From Myxococcota bacterium (GTDB lineage Bacteria; Myxococcota_A; UBA9160; UBA4427), in assembly GCA_965250285.1 (NCBI GenBank), contig OZ252299.1, positions 5,568,001 through 5,632,000 on the forward strand: a stretch of 64,000 nucleotides of DNA, written 5' to 3'. Below the pieces are notes generated by a model that saw only the letters and a list, made by a program, of their open reading frames with translations, was not told where the DNA came from and did not search any database. The first letter of the stretch is position 1. Every line of letters begins with the position of its first letter. This document shows positions 18,774-29,349 of the stretch, in pieces. A program made the position numbers and the translations under genes.

Positions 18774-19525
18774 GGCCCGACGGCCTCGTTGGTTCGGACG
18801 CGCTCCTGCTGGGCGATCTGTCGCGCGGCGGCGCGTTCACCGACCTGGATGCCGACGAGGCGACCGATGAAGATCGCGATGTAGAGCTGACCCACCAGCG
18901 CTTCGATGCTCGTGAGCAGCCGCGCACGATCGGTCGCCGGCACGATGTCGCCGTAGCCGAGCGTCGTGAGCGTGGTGATGCTGAAGTAGACGATCGTCGG
19001 GAACGATCGGCCCGAGTACATCGAGTCGACGTAGTCGAGCAGGGGCTGGCCCCCGATCATGTAGCTGCCGTGGTTCGCGATCTCGGCGCTCAGATGAATC
19101 AGCGCGAACGCGAAGACGAAGAGCAGATACACGTTGATCCCGCCGAAGAGCGTCTCGCGCGTCACGCTGTCGTGCTGCAGCAAAGCGTGGGTGAGGATCA
19201 CGGCGGTGAAGAGCAGGCTGGTGGCGACCGTCAGCACGCGCAGGACGTTGTCGGCCTGGCCCGGTAGAAAGTCGGGACCGAGCCAGGCGAACGCCGCCGG
19301 CGTGGCCAGCACGAGCGCGACGACGAGCACGGCGCGGCGAGCCGAAGCGGCGTAGAGACTGGCGCCCAGCACGATCAGCACCGAAGCCTGAAAGAAGCGC
19401 GCCTCGGTCTCGGCCGACGAGAAGAGCGGCATGACGAACAGCGCCAGGAGCTGGGCCACGAGCAGCGTCGTATTGCGCCGGTTGTCGAGCGTCGCGTTCA
19501 GCTTGTCGCCGATCGGATGCCGCAT
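18770..19525 (-). CDS. Potassium channel family protein
   Basis: Multiple TM helices; pore TTLTTLGYGDIVP; EALVGQLY. Its stop overlaps the ALDH GTG start. Confidence 0.88.
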   Translation of the reverse strand: MRHPIGDKLNATLDNRRNTTLLVAQLLALFVMPLFSSAETEARFFQASVLIVLGASLYAASARRAVLVVALVLATPAAFAWLGPDFLPGQADNVLRVLTVATSLLFTAVILTHALLQHDSVTRETLFGGINVYLLFVFAFALIHLSAEIANHGSYMIGGQPLLDYVDSMYSGRSFPTIVYFSITTLTTLGYGDIVPATDRARLLTSIEALVGQLYIAIFIGRLVGIQVGERAAARQIAQQERVRTNEAVGP

Positions 19526-19651
19526 GGCAGGGCGCGCTCCTCGAAGGGCCGTTCTTCGTTCGCGGGGCAGCGTACCAGACGCGGGCACGTGCCACGCGGC
19601 GGGGTGCCGGACGCAGCGTACCCCAGCGATGCCGGGCGAGGGTGCCTTCCC

Positions 19652-22549
19652 TCAGTCGTCGGTGAGCACGACGTCGACCGCGACGAAGTCGTCTTCGGCC
19701 TGGCCGTCGAGATCGACCGAACGAATGAAGATCAGCGCTTCGTCGAGGCCGAGCTCGTCGACCAGCTCGGCCCGAACCGCGCGGGCGCGCGCCTTGCCGA
19801 GCGCAAGCAATCGCTCGTCGTCGACGTCTTCGCCGGCCTTGCGGAGCGCGCGCTCGTCGCGGCGCTTGTCGACCCGCCCCTTGATGCCGATTCGCTGCTT
19901 GGGTTGGTTCGCGATCAAGGTCGCCACGTTGACCAGCGTCTGACGCTGGGCTTCGTCGAGGCTGGACGAGCCGACCGCGAAGTCGATCTGCGTCTGCTTG
20001 TCTGCCGTGAAGTCGGGCATCGCCGTCTGCAGCACGGCGAACGGCGACGAGAGCGCCTGCTGGATCACCTTCACGAAGGCGGCAGTGATGAGTGCGCGCA
20101 GGTTGAAGTTCGGGTCGTCGAGATCGCCTTCGATGCGGCCGAGATCGAGATCGGTCTGACCTTGCCGATCGGTGAGCAGCTTGAACGCGAGCGGGACGGG
20201 CAGCCTGAGGGCATCTTCGCTGCCCGTACGCGGGCCGAAGGCCAGGCGGTCGAAGCGCAGCTTGTTCTTGCCGGAGATGCGGCTCGTATCCATGAAGACC
20301 GAGTAGTCGAGGTCGACGTTCATCTTGCCCTGCTCGACCTCGTTGCCCACGTACTGCTCGAAATAGGGCGCGAGCAGCGTGACCGAGAGCCCCTGCAACG
20401 CGAGCTGAAAGTCGACCTGCTCGGCGCTGGGGAACCCGCCTCGGACCGTCAGCGGCGCCGACTCGCCCACGCGTGCGTCGAACGCGAGCTCGCCCCGGGC
20501 GGTGCCGCCCGGCTGCTCGACACGTTCGTATACGCCGTTCAGCTGGGAGATGTCGAGATTGAAAGCGCGCTTCGTCGAGGCGTCGCGGTAGTCGAGGCGG
20601 CCATCGGCGATCTCGATGCGGCGCAGGTCGAAGCTCGGCCCTGGGCTCGGGCCGGGCGCGGCGTCGGGCGTCGGGGCCATCAGTCGGTTCACGTTCAGCC
20701 CCCCGTTCGGCGTCCGCTCGACGAAGATCGACGGCGCGTCGAGCTGCACCGTCTTCAGGTCGACGCGCTGGCCGCTGTCGTCCACCCGAAGCTGCTCGAC
20801 ATGCAGTCGTCCGACGCGGATCACGGGCGTCGGCGCGTTCCGCCCGCCCCGAGGCTGCTCGATGACGAGCCCCCGCACGTCGACGGCGGCGCTCGCCGAG
20901 ACCTCGGGCTGCTCGGCGCCGTCTGGCATCGACGCCTCGACGCTCGAGGTCACGTCGAGCCGACCGCTCGAGATGCGTGTACCCGGCGCGAAGCCGACGA
21001 GCGGAGACCACGGGGCCAGCGCGACGTCCTTCGCGGTCACCTCGAGATCGGCCTCGAGTGGGCGAGGGACGACGCGCCCCGTCAACTGGATGTGCGCGCC
21101 CGCGGTCGACTCTCGCTTGGGCGACGTCGCCGCCGAGGCCGCGGTCGGGTTCGCGGCGTCGACGGGCTCACCGCCGGGCGGGGGCGCAAGCTGGGCGAGG
21201 TCGGGGTCGGGCAGGGCGACCGAGAGCGAGATCTCGATGTCTTCGTTCGCGACCGACGAGATGCCGAGCGCTTCGAGGTCGATCGGGCCGACCGAGATGA
21301 TCGCTTCGTCTCGCGCCTCGGCCGATGCGAGGCTGAGGGTGCCATCCGAGATCACGAGGCGGTCGACCTCGATCTTCCACTCGGGCGTCTCGGCGCCCGG
21401 CGGCGCCGCGGAGGCATCGGCCGCCACGCTGTCGGCCGGCTCGACGTCGGGCGAGGCCGCCTGCGGATCCGCCGCCTCGTCGGCCTCGCTCGTGCTCGCG
21501 CCTTCGTCTTCGACACCCGGCAGCACGGCCGCGACGCTCGGGCCTTCGAGCACGATCTCGTCGATGCCGATCTCGCGATCGGCGACGCTCAGGCGAAACC
21601 CCTCGACCGCGAACCGGTCGAGCCCGACGCGTTGCAGCTCTGCGAGATCCGAGTCGGCGCGCCAGTCGCGCGCCTCGATCCCCCCACGATCGACGCGCAC
21701 GACGAGGCCGCCGTCGGCGTCGAGGTCGATGCCGAAGTCGGTCTCGATCTCGAGCTCGCCGTCCGTCGGACGCACGGGAAACGATGGACCGAGGTAGTCG
21801 GCGACCGTGTTGAAGCGCAGACCGTCGAGGCTCAGCGTGCCGGTCGCGGCGAGGGGATCGACGCTCAGCTCGAACTCGGTCAGCAGGTGCAGGCCGCGGC
21901 TGCTCGTCGCTTCAAAACGCACGCGCCCCTGCTCGCCGGGCACGGTGCTGATCTCGGCGACGGACAGGTCGATCGGGCGAAGCGACGCAATGAAGAGGTG
22001 ATCCTGGCTGCGGTCGAAGAGGCGCAGGCTGCCGTCGCGGATGTGGAGCTGGTCGATGCGAACGGGGAACAGGCCGGTGTCGTCCCCATCATCGGGCGCG
22101 TCGGTCGCGTCGGCGTCGTCGGGGAGCAGCGCGAGGAGGTTCAGCTCGCCGTCGGCCGACAGCTCGCCGTGCACCGCCGGTGCCTCGAGCACGATCTCGC
22201 TCACGCGCAGCACGCCGAGGAGGCTCTGCCAGAACTCGAGGTTGGCCACCAGTGAGTCGGCCGACACGAGCAGGTTGCCCGACGCGTCCCGCAACTCGAT
22301 CCCGCCGATCTCGAAGCGCAGGGTGAGCGGGTTCACGCGGATGCGATCGATGTCGAGCTCGACGCCGAGCAGCGCGCCGACCTCGCGCTCGATCGGCTCG
22401 CGGGCGACCCAAGGCACGATGAGGCCGAGGGTCAGCGCGTAGAGGGCATAGGCGCAGGCGGCGCCGATCGCGATGCGGCGGATGCGCTGGTGGCGGAGAT
22501 CGGCGGCGTCGCCCGGCGCGTTCGGATCGGTGCTGTCGTCGCGGGGCAT
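19652..22549 (-). CDS. DUF748 (AsmA-like) repeat protein with a degenerate C-terminal OmpA-like domain
   Basis: N-terminal TM anchor, RVNPLTL, LNL/LNV repeats, [24 protein letters not shown]-terminal FAVGSS...[10 protein letters not shown]. Confidence 0.8.
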   Translation of the reverse strand: MPRDDSTDPNAPGDAADLRHQRIRRIAIGAACAYALYALTLGLIVPWVAREPIEREVGALLGVELDIDRIRVNPLTLRFEIGGIELRDASGNLLVSADSLVANLEFWQSLLGVLRVSEIVLEAPAVHGELSADGELNLLALLPDDADATDAPDDGDDTGLFPVRIDQLHIRDGSLRLFDRSQDHLFIASLRPIDLSVAEISTVPGEQGRVRFEATSSRGLHLLTEFELSVDPLAATGTLSLDGLRFNTVADYLGPSFPVRPTDGELEIETDFGIDLDADGGLVVRVDRGGIEARDWRADSDLAELQRVGLDRFAVEGFRLSVADREIGIDEIVLEGPSVAAVLPGVEDEGASTSEADEAADPQAASPDVEPADSVAADASAAPPGAETPEWKIEVDRLVISDGTLSLASAEARDEAIISVGPIDLEALGISSVANEDIEISLSVALPDPDLAQLAPPPGGEPVDAANPTAASAATSPKRESTAGAHIQLTGRVVPRPLEADLEVTAKDVALAPWSPLVGFAPGTRISSGRLDVTSSVEASMPDGAEQPEVSASAAVDVRGLVIEQPRGGRNAPTPVIRVGRLHVEQLRVDDSGQRVDLKTVQLDAPSIFVERTPNGGLNVNRLMAPTPDAAPGPSPGPSFDLRRIEIADGRLDYRDASTKRAFNLDISQLNGVYERVEQPGGTARGELAFDARVGESAPLTVRGGFPSAEQVDFQLALQGLSVTLLAPYFEQYVGNEVEQGKMNVDLDYSVFMDTSRISGKNKLRFDRLAFGPRTGSEDALRLPVPLAFKLLTDRQGQTDLDLGRIEGDLDDPNFNLRALITAAFVKVIQQALSSPFAVLQTAMPDFTADKQTQIDFAVGSSSLDEAQRQTLVNVATLIANQPKQRIGIKGRVDKRRDERALRKAGEDVDDERLLALGKARARAVRAELVDELGLDEALIFIRSVDLDGQAEDDFVAVDVVLTDD

Positions 22550-22681
22550 CTCGTGTCCTGGGCCGACGGCCGGCTGCAGGCGGTCTCGACGCGTGCGACG
22601 CGCACCCGTTCGGCCGACGCGCGACGCGCGCGGTGCGTCCGTCGAGTCGCCGGTGCGTGCCGGTTGGGGCGGGTCTCTTGG

Positions 22682-23851
22682 CTAGAGCGCCCGGACCCCG
22701 GTCACGTGTTCGCCGAGGATCAGCGTATGGATGTCGTGCGTGCCCTCGTAGGTGCGCACCGTCTCGAGGTTCATCATGTGGCGCATGCTCTGGTAGTCGT
22801 CGACGATGCCGTTGGCGCCGAGCAGGTCGCGGGCGTCGCGCGCGCAGCGCAGCGAGATGTCGACGTTGTTGCGCTTGATCATCGACACCATCGAGTGATG
22901 GAGCTTGCCCGCGTCCTTGATGCGGCCGACCTGCAGCGCGAGCAGCTGACCCTTGGTGATCTCGGTGATCATCTCGACGAGCTTCTGCTGCGTGAGCTGC
23001 TTGCCGGCGAGCAGGCCGCCCTGCACCTCGCGCTCCTTCACGTACTGCAGCGCTTCGTCGTAGCAGGCCATCGCGGCTCCGAGCACGCCCCACGAGATGC
23101 CGTAGCGCGCCTGGTTCAAGCAGCCGAGCGGCCCCCCGAGGCCTCGGGCGCCGGGCAGCAGGTTCTCGTCGGGCACCTCGACGTCGGTCAAGAAGAGCTC
23201 GCTCGTCACCGACGCACGCAGGCTGAACTTGCCCTTGATGTCGCGCGCCTCGAAGCCCGGACGATCCGTCTCGACGATGAAGCCGCGCACGCCGTCTTCG
23301 GTCTTCGCCCAGACGATCGCCAGCTTGGCGACGGTGCCGTTCGTGATCCAGCGCTTCACGCCGTTCAGCACCCAGCCATCGCCCTTCTTCTCGGCCTTCG
23401 TGGTCATGCCGGTCACGAAGCTACCGGCATCGGGTTCGGTCAGGCCGAAGCAGCCGATGGCGCGGCCCGCCGCCATTTCGGGCAGCCACTTCTCCTTCTG
23501 CTCGTCGGTGCCGTAGGTGTGAATCGGGTACATGCAGAGCGAGCCCTGCACCGAAGCGAACGAGCGCAAGCCCGAGTCGCCGCGCTCGAGCTCCTGCATG
23601 AGCAGCCCGTAGGCGACGTTGTTCATGCCCGCGCAGCCGTAACCCTGCAGGTTCGCGCCGAACATGCCGAGCTCGGCCATCGACTCGGACAGCTCCATCG
23701 GGAACGATCCGTCCTGGCGGACGTGCTCCTGGATGCGGGGCATGAACTCTTTCGAGACCCATTCGCGGACGCTCTCGCGCACGGCGATCTCTTCGTCGCT
23801 GAACTGGGTGTCGTCGAGCTTCAGGAAGTCGGGGGAGGCGTAGTCGGCCAC
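22682..23851 (-). CDS. Acyl-CoA dehydrogenase, glutaryl-CoA dehydrogenase-like
   Basis: [56 protein letters not shown] before GTG. Confidence 0.9.
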   Translation of the reverse strand: MADYASPDFLKLDDTQFSDEEIAVRESVREWVSKEFMPRIQEHVRQDGSFPMELSESMAELGMFGANLQGYGCAGMNNVAYGLLMQELERGDSGLRSFASVQGSLCMYPIHTYGTDEQKEKWLPEMAAGRAIGCFGLTEPDAGSFVTGMTTKAEKKGDGWVLNGVKRWITNGTVAKLAIVWAKTEDGVRGFIVETDRPGFEARDIKGKFSLRASVTSELFLTDVEVPDENLLPGARGLGGPLGCLNQARYGISWGVLGAAMACYDEALQYVKEREVQGGLLAGKQLTQQKLVEMITEITKGQLLALQVGRIKDAGKLHHSMVSMIKRNNVDISLRCARDARDLLGANGIVDDYQSMRHMMNLETVRTYEGTHDIHTLILGEHVTGVRAL

Positions 23852-23946
23852 GGGGGCTCCTTCGCCGCGTCATCGGGCCGGAGCCGTCGCGCGGGCTGGG
23901 ACGCTTGGGGCGGGCGGCGGGCCGCCTGCGGGCCCTTCACGATAGC

Positions 23947-23990
23947 GAAAACGCAGAGGGGCCCGGTGGCTGAGCCACCGAACCCCTCTC
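23947..23990 (-). terminator. Intrinsic terminator downstream of the phasin-like gene
   Basis: On the minus strand, AGAGGGGTTCGGTGGC-TCA-GCCACCGGGCCCCTCT followed by GCGTTTT. Confidence 0.7.
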
Positions 23991-24089
23991 GGTCACACCC
24001 GCGCCGGCCGGCCCTCGCGTCGGGCCGATCTGGACAGCTGGGCGTGCGGCGTTCGCGCAGGCCGGCGTGCGGCCACCGGCCAACGCGAC

Positions 24090-24941
24090 CTACTTGGCGG
24101 CCGCCGACCCGCTGAGCGACTTGTCCAGGGCGTTGAGCTTGCGGTTGATCTTGTTCAGCTTGCGGTCGAGCTTCGCGACATCGCGGCGCGAGGCGATCTG
24201 CAGGCCGCCGAGCAGCGCGTCGACGCCCTGCTCGACCTGTGCGGCCACGTTCTTCTGCAGCTCGTTGGCTCGCTTGACGGCGGGGCGCTTCTCGAAATCC
24301 TTCTGGATGCGCTTCATCTCTTTCTCCGCCCGCTTCTCGAAGCGCTTGCGGCGCTTCTCGATGTCCTTCTGGAACTTCTCGATGTCGGTCTGGACGGTCG
24401 AGACGTAGGTCTGGATGCGGTCGATGCTGTCGGCGACGATGCCGTTGCTCGGTGTGGTGGTAGCCATGGTGGTCTCCTCGTTGAATGGGATGATCTTGGC
24501 CGAGCGGGGTGCATCCGCTCGCATGCTCTTGGTCTTGCCGTCGACGCGCCTGCGGCGACGGACGAAGTCGCCGCTGCGCTTGCGCTTGCTGCGACGGGAC
24601 GCCTTGGGCGAAGCGTCGCCGGGGTCGCCCTGAGCGCGCGCGGCGATGCGGTCGTCGTCGAGCGTGTCCTCTCGCTTCCGCTTGCGCTTTTCGCCGGGCT
24701 TGCCCTTGCTCTTTTCTCGCTTCTTCGACTTCTCGCTCTTCGAGTTCTTCTTGCCGGGCTTGGTGTTCGCGTTGTTGCCGGTTTTGTTGCTGGTCTTGTG
24801 GCTGGCCTTGTGGCCCGCCTCGTTGTTCGTTTTGCCGCTGTCCTTGCTGCGCTTGCGCTTCGTGTCGCCCGGCTTGCCCGCCTTGCCGGCCTTCGCTTCG
24901 TCGCGCTCCTTCGAGGCGCGCTTCGCATCTCGCTTGGCCAC
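24090..24941 (-). CDS. Phasin-like (PHA granule-associated) protein with a Lys/Arg-rich N-terminal extension; internal start at 24467 gives a 125-aa core
   Basis: C-terminal coiled coil with LGGLQIASRRDVAKLDRKL, typical of the PhaI/PhaF-like granule-protein family. AGGAG precedes GTG 24941 and GAGGAG precedes ATG 24467; both starts are in frame. Confidence 0.75.
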   Translation of the reverse strand: MAKRDAKRASKERDEAKAGKAGKPGDTKRKRSKDSGKTNNEAGHKASHKTSNKTGNNANTKPGKKNSKSEKSKKREKSKGKPGEKRKRKREDTLDDDRIAARAQGDPGDASPKASRRSKRKRSGDFVRRRRRVDGKTKSMRADAPRSAKIIPFNEETTMATTTPSNGIVADSIDRIQTYVSTVQTDIEKFQKDIEKRRKRFEKRAEKEMKRIQKDFEKRPAVKRANELQKNVAAQVEQGVDALLGGLQIASRRDVAKLDRKLNKINRKLNALDKSLSGSAAAK

Positions 24942-25002
24942 GCGCGTCTCCTGATGGGCGTCTCGTCGGACACGCCGAAGCGCGCGCAGGGGAACCGAGC
25001 GA

Positions 25003-25039
25003 CGCAGTGCAGCATAGACGCGGCGCGTCATCGCATCAA
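25003..25039 (-). promoter_or_regulatory. Sigma70-like promoter with an overlapping PhaR-like TGC box
   Basis: Minus strand TTGATG (25039-25034)-N17-TATGCT (25016-25011). CGCAGTGCAGCA at 25003-25014 overlaps the -10 element. Confidence 0.55.
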
Positions 25040-25195
25040 CCGCAGAGGCCGCAGCGGATCGAGACACCTGCGGATATCGAACGATTTCAAATGTTTACGC
25101 GAGGTTCTGCCGATCGCGTCCGGGCCCGCCGGGGCTGGCTGCGCGAGATGACGCGTCGCGTGGGGTGAATGGACCGCGCGGCGGCGGCCGGCCGG

Positions 25196-26212
25196 CTACC
25201 AGCGTAGGACGGCGCTGCCCCAGGTGAAGCCCGAGCCGAAGCCGGTCATGCAGACGAGCTGGCCGCGCTCGACCAGCCCCTGCTCCTGCACCTCGGCCAG
25301 CAGCATCGGGATCGAGGCCGCCGAGCAGTTGCCGTAGCGCTGGATGTTGTTGAAGACCCGGCGCTCGGGAATCTCGAGCCGCCCGGCCACGGCCTCGTTG
25401 ATGCGGAGGTTGGCCTGGTGGAACAGGAAGAGGTTCACGTCGTCGAGCTTGACCGCCGACTCTTCGAGGGCCTCGGCGAGCACCTCGGGCATGCGCGTCA
25501 CGGCGTTCTTGAAGACGTAGCGACCCTCCATGCGTGGGAAGTGCCGCTTCTCGTCGATCATCTCGTGGGTGATGCGCACCGGCCACTCGGCCGAGCTCGG
25601 GCCCTCGATCCACAGGCGCCGGGCGTGCTTGCCCTCGGCGTGGAGCTTGGTCGAGAGGATCTCGCTCGGGTCGTCTTCGTTCTCGTTCGCCTCGACGATG
25701 ACGGCGCCAGCGCCGTCGCCGAAGATCACCGCGACGTCGCGGCCCTCGGTCGAGATGTCGATGCCCGTCGAGTGCACCTCGCAGCCGACGACGAGCACGC
25801 GGTCGTAGCGCCCCGAGACGACCAGCGCATCGGCGAACTGCAGCGCGTAGACGAAGCCGGTGCACTGCGCGCGCAGATCGATGCAGGGGATGGTGCCGGC
25901 CTGGATCTGCTCGTGCAGAAAGAACGAGGTGCCGGGAAAGTCGTGCTGGCTCGAGAGCGTGGCGAGCAGGATGCAGTCGACGTCGCCGATCTCGAGACCG
26001 GCACGCTCGAGGGCCTGATTGCAGGCGGCGGTGGCGAGATCGGCAGGGGTCTGGCCGGGCTCGATCCAACGGCGCTCCTTGATGCCCGTGCGCTGCTGGA
26101 TCCACTCGTCACTCGTATCCATGCGCGCGGCGAGCTCGTCGTTCGTCACGACCTGGTCGGGGACATACATGCCCGCACTGGCAATGCGCGCGCGCTTCAG
26201 GAAACCCTTCAT
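25196..26212 (-). CDS. fabH: 3-oxoacyl-ACP synthase III
   Basis: DTSDEWIQQRTGI, AQCTGF, FGDGAGA, HQANLRI, YGNCSAASIP, GFGSGFTWG. Confidence 0.93.
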   Translation of the reverse strand: MKGFLKRARIASAGMYVPDQVVTNDELAARMDTSDEWIQQRTGIKERRWIEPGQTPADLATAACNQALERAGLEIGDVDCILLATLSSQHDFPGTSFFLHEQIQAGTIPCIDLRAQCTGFVYALQFADALVVSGRYDRVLVVGCEVHSTGIDISTEGRDVAVIFGDGAGAVIVEANENEDDPSEILSTKLHAEGKHARRLWIEGPSSAEWPVRITHEMIDEKRHFPRMEGRYVFKNAVTRMPEVLAEALEESAVKLDDVNLFLFHQANLRINEAVAGRLEIPERRVFNNIQRYGNCSAASIPMLLAEVQEQGLVERGQLVCMTGFGSGFTWGSAVLRW

Positions 26213-26270
26213 GAACTCTCCCCCTCCGAGGCCGCGGCTCGGCCCGGTGGCGTCCATTCCCGGTGGACGC

Positions 26271-27977
26271 TCAGACTCCGCCTGCGGCCAGGCTCTCTTC
26301 GATCATCCGCCGGTCGAACGAGCCGGCGTCATCCTGCCACAGGGCTTCGCTCACCGTCTCGAGCAGCTTCGCGAGACCGATGCGCTCGAGCGCCGAGACG
26401 GCGACGCAGCCATGCCTGCGCTCGAGCACTTCGGCTGCGCCTTCGGGCAGCCGGTCGATCTGATTGAAGACGAGCACCTCGGGCTTCTCGCCCAGGCCCA
26501 GCTCATCGAGCACGGTGCGCACCGCCTGGATGCGGCGCTCGAAGTCGGGCGAGCCCGCGTCGACGACGTGCATCAGCACCGACGCTTCGTGCAGCTCTTC
26601 GAGCGTCGCGTGGAAGGCCGCCTTCAGATCGTCGGGCAGATCGCGGATGAACCCCACGGTGTCCGTCACGATCACCTCGCGGTCGCGCGGGAACCGCAGC
26701 CGTCGCGAGACCGGGTCGAGGGTCGCGAACATCTTGTCCTCGACGTGCACCTTGGTCTTCGTGAGCGACCGGAGCAGGGTGCTCTTGCCTGCGTTCGTGT
26801 AGCCGACGATCGACAGGATCGGCACGCCCCGGCGCTCGCGCCGTCGCCTGCGTCCCGCGCGCTGCTTGCCGACCTTGTCGATCTCGCGCTCGAGCCGCGT
26901 GATGCGGTCGCGCACGCGCCGTCGGTCGCTCTCGAGCTTCGTCTCGCCCGGGCCACGACCGCCGATGCCACCGGCGAGCCGCGAGAGCGACAGATCGGCG
27001 CGCTGGGCCAGGCGCGGCATGCGGTACTTCAGCTGCGCCAGCTCGACCTGCAGCTTGCCGTCCCGGCTCGTCGCGTGCTGGGCAAAGATGTCGAGGATCA
27101 GCTGGGTGCGGTCGATGACGCGCAGCTCGATGCGCTCGGCCAGGTTGCGCGCCTGGGTGGGCGATAGATCCTGATCGAAGATCACGAGATCGATGTCCTG
27201 CTGGAAGCAGCGGATCACGATGTCTTCGAGCTTGCCGCTGCCGATGACGGTCTTCGGGTCGACCTTGGGGCGGCTCTGCACGATGACGTCGACCACGTCG
27301 ACGCCGGCCGAGCGCGCGAGCTCGCGGAGCTCGTCGGTGTGGACGTCGAGGGTCGTGCGGTCGCGGCCGGCCGACACGCTCACGAGCAGTGCCTTCTCGG
27401 CGCCGCCGACCTCCTGGGCCTGGGTGGTCGCGGCGAGCTCGGCTTCGAGGTCGCGAATGAACTGCTGAAAGTCGAGATCGAGCTCGGCGGGATGCCGCGG
27501 TTCGAACGACTCGGTCATCTCGCCCGCATCGTTGGTCGGCCGCAGCGCGGCCGAGTGGGTGAGGCCGGGCAGCCCCGAATCGAGCACCTCGATGACCGCC
27601 ATCATGTCGAGGCGCAGCAGGGCGAGGTCGGTCAGGTCGTCGCGTGACAGACCGTCGCCGCCCAGCGTGGTGTGAATGCATCGCAGGCCGCGCAGGCGGC
27701 CGCGACCGGCGCGCAGACGACCCCAATCGGGCATCTCGATGGCCGTCGGCGAGCCGACCATCACGTGGGCGATCTGGCCCCGACGATCGACGAGCACGCC
27801 GACCTGGCGTCGGATGTCGGCGCTGATCTCGGTCAGATTGCGCGCGAACTCGTTCGTCAGCACCTCGCCAGCGGGGATCCGCCGGTCGAAGAGCCGCTCG
27901 AGCTGCCGTACCTGGCTGGCCTTGAGGCCCTGCGTGTTGCCGTCGACCTGGATGAGAGATGCTCCCGCCGCTGCCAT
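26271..27977 (-). CDS. hflX: GTPase HflX
   Basis: GNTQGLK long N-terminus, DRTQLILDIFA, GGRGPGETKLE, GYTNAGKS, FATLD, DTVGFI. The true start may be ATC at 27953. Confidence 0.95.
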   Translation of the reverse strand: MAAAGASLIQVDGNTQGLKASQVRQLERLFDRRIPAGEVLTNEFARNLTEISADIRRQVGVLVDRRGQIAHVMVGSPTAIEMPDWGRLRAGRGRLRGLRCIHTTLGGDGLSRDDLTDLALLRLDMMAVIEVLDSGLPGLTHSAALRPTNDAGEMTESFEPRHPAELDLDFQQFIRDLEAELAATTQAQEVGGAEKALLVSVSAGRDRTTLDVHTDELRELARSAGVDVVDVIVQSRPKVDPKTVIGSGKLEDIVIRCFQQDIDLVIFDQDLSPTQARNLAERIELRVIDRTQLILDIFAQHATSRDGKLQVELAQLKYRMPRLAQRADLSLSRLAGGIGGRGPGETKLESDRRRVRDRITRLEREIDKVGKQRAGRRRRRERRGVPILSIVGYTNAGKSTLLRSLTKTKVHVEDKMFATLDPVSRRLRFPRDREVIVTDTVGFIRDLPDDLKAAFHATLEELHEASVLMHVVDAGSPDFERRIQAVRTVLDELGLGEKPEVLVFNQIDRLPEGAAEVLERRHGCVAVSALERIGLAKLLETVSEALWQDDAGSFDRRMIEESLAAGGV

Positions 27978-28475
27978 GGGGCGCGGCCGCGGCGGATGGT
28001 ACGGCAGGCCGGAGGGCGAAGACAAAGGAATCGATCGGTCCCGAGGGGGCGCCCGGGCGGCCGTGTCCGGATTCAGAGCCGGCGAGGCCCTTGAAGACGG
28101 CCGATCGGGGCGCGGTGGCTCGGGGGCCTCGCTCGGGCGGAGCCGGCGCGCCGGTTTCACCGCCCGTCGGCCTCGCGTGCCCGGTCTTCGCGCCGACGGG
28201 TTCTCGTCTGCGCCGGATCGGCGCCCGTCGCCGCAAGCGGGCCGGCGCGGAGCCTTCGACCGCAGCGGCGGCCCGGCACCCGCGCGGCCCGGCCGCGGCC
28301 GGCGCCGGATTCGACCGGTCGAGGATGCTTTACGGGCCAGCGCCGGCGGTGCGCGCCGCGGGCCGGTTCGCCGCGACCGGACGCATGGGGCGCCCGACAC
28401 CGTTCGGTGCCGGTGCGGCTCAATTCGGGGTTTGAAGTCGCCGAAGAATCGCCTGGATTGCAGCGGGGAGACGCC

Positions 28476-29057
28476 ATGTTCGACCAGGTGCCGTCGGTCA
28501 AGGGTTCGATCTTCAATTCGGTCGCAGACGATCTTCGACGGGCCCTCGCCGAGGGGCGACTCGAGCGCGCCGACTACGAGGCCGGGCTCGACGACAAGGA
28601 TCTCGACCTGCTCGAATCCGAAGCCGTGACGGCCGTGTCGTGGATGCCGATCTCGACCTATGGCCGCATGCTCGAGCTGCTCGCGCTCGTCGAAGGCGGC
28701 TCGGGCCGCGAGGCGTATCTGCGCGACCGCGGCGCGCGCGCGGCCGAGCGTCTGCTCGCCGGGACCTACCAGCGCTTCGAGGCCAAGCCCGGCGAATGGG
28801 GCCCGAGGTCGGGCGAGCTGATGGTGGGGATCGCCGGCACCCTCTACAACTTCACGCGGTGGCAGTTCGAAGAGGTCGAGCCGGGCGAGTGGGAGATCGA
28901 GGCGAGCGAAGCGGGCGACTTCCCCGACGCCGCCGCCCACACCGCCCATGGCTTTCTCGAGTGGTATGCGAACCGCGCGTCGACCTCGTCGATCGAGACG
29001 CGGCTCTCGCGGCCGAGCCCCGATCGCGTCGTGTTCCGGATGCGCGAGCAGGCCTGA
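28476..29057 (+). CDS. Hypothetical protein (resembles the myxobacterial DUF2378-type family)
   Basis: GGGGAG SD, good codon bias, VKG near the N-terminus, SWMP...Y...L, RGARAA, YNFTRW. Confidence 0.7.
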   Translation: MFDQVPSVKGSIFNSVADDLRRALAEGRLERADYEAGLDDKDLDLLESEAVTAVSWMPISTYGRMLELLALVEGGSGREAYLRDRGARAAERLLAGTYQRFEAKPGEWGPRSGELMVGIAGTLYNFTRWQFEEVEPGEWEIEASEAGDFPDAAAHTAHGFLEWYANRASTSSIETRLSRPSPDRVVFRMREQA

Positions 29058-29349
29058 GTCGCGCCGCCTGGCTCCCCCAGGGAGCCCGTGCCCGAAACGA
29101 CGCGGAATCTCCGTGCCCGCGCGGTCCGGCCGAGCGCCTTCGTGTAGCGGCGACGCCGCCGACGGGTGAACGTTCGCGTCTGCCTGCACGCTTCGCGCAG
29201 GCTTGATCGGCGCCGGGTTCCGACCGAAGAATGCCTGTGGAAGCGTGCCACCGGCCGGTGGAGCCGGGCCACCCACCGAAGCCGAGGGGTTTCGGTCGGG
29301 CGCCCGCGAGGCGCCAGCAGCGCCGCCCGCCCCCCGAAACGGAGACGAG

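Noticed and set aside
18940..18990. Unusual K+ channel filter TLGYG
   Set aside because: A common variant of TVGYG in prokaryotic channels.
24942..25067. ORF-track start at 25067 for the phasin-like gene
   Set aside because: No SD, and the region overlaps the predicted promoter. GTG 24941 has a good SD.
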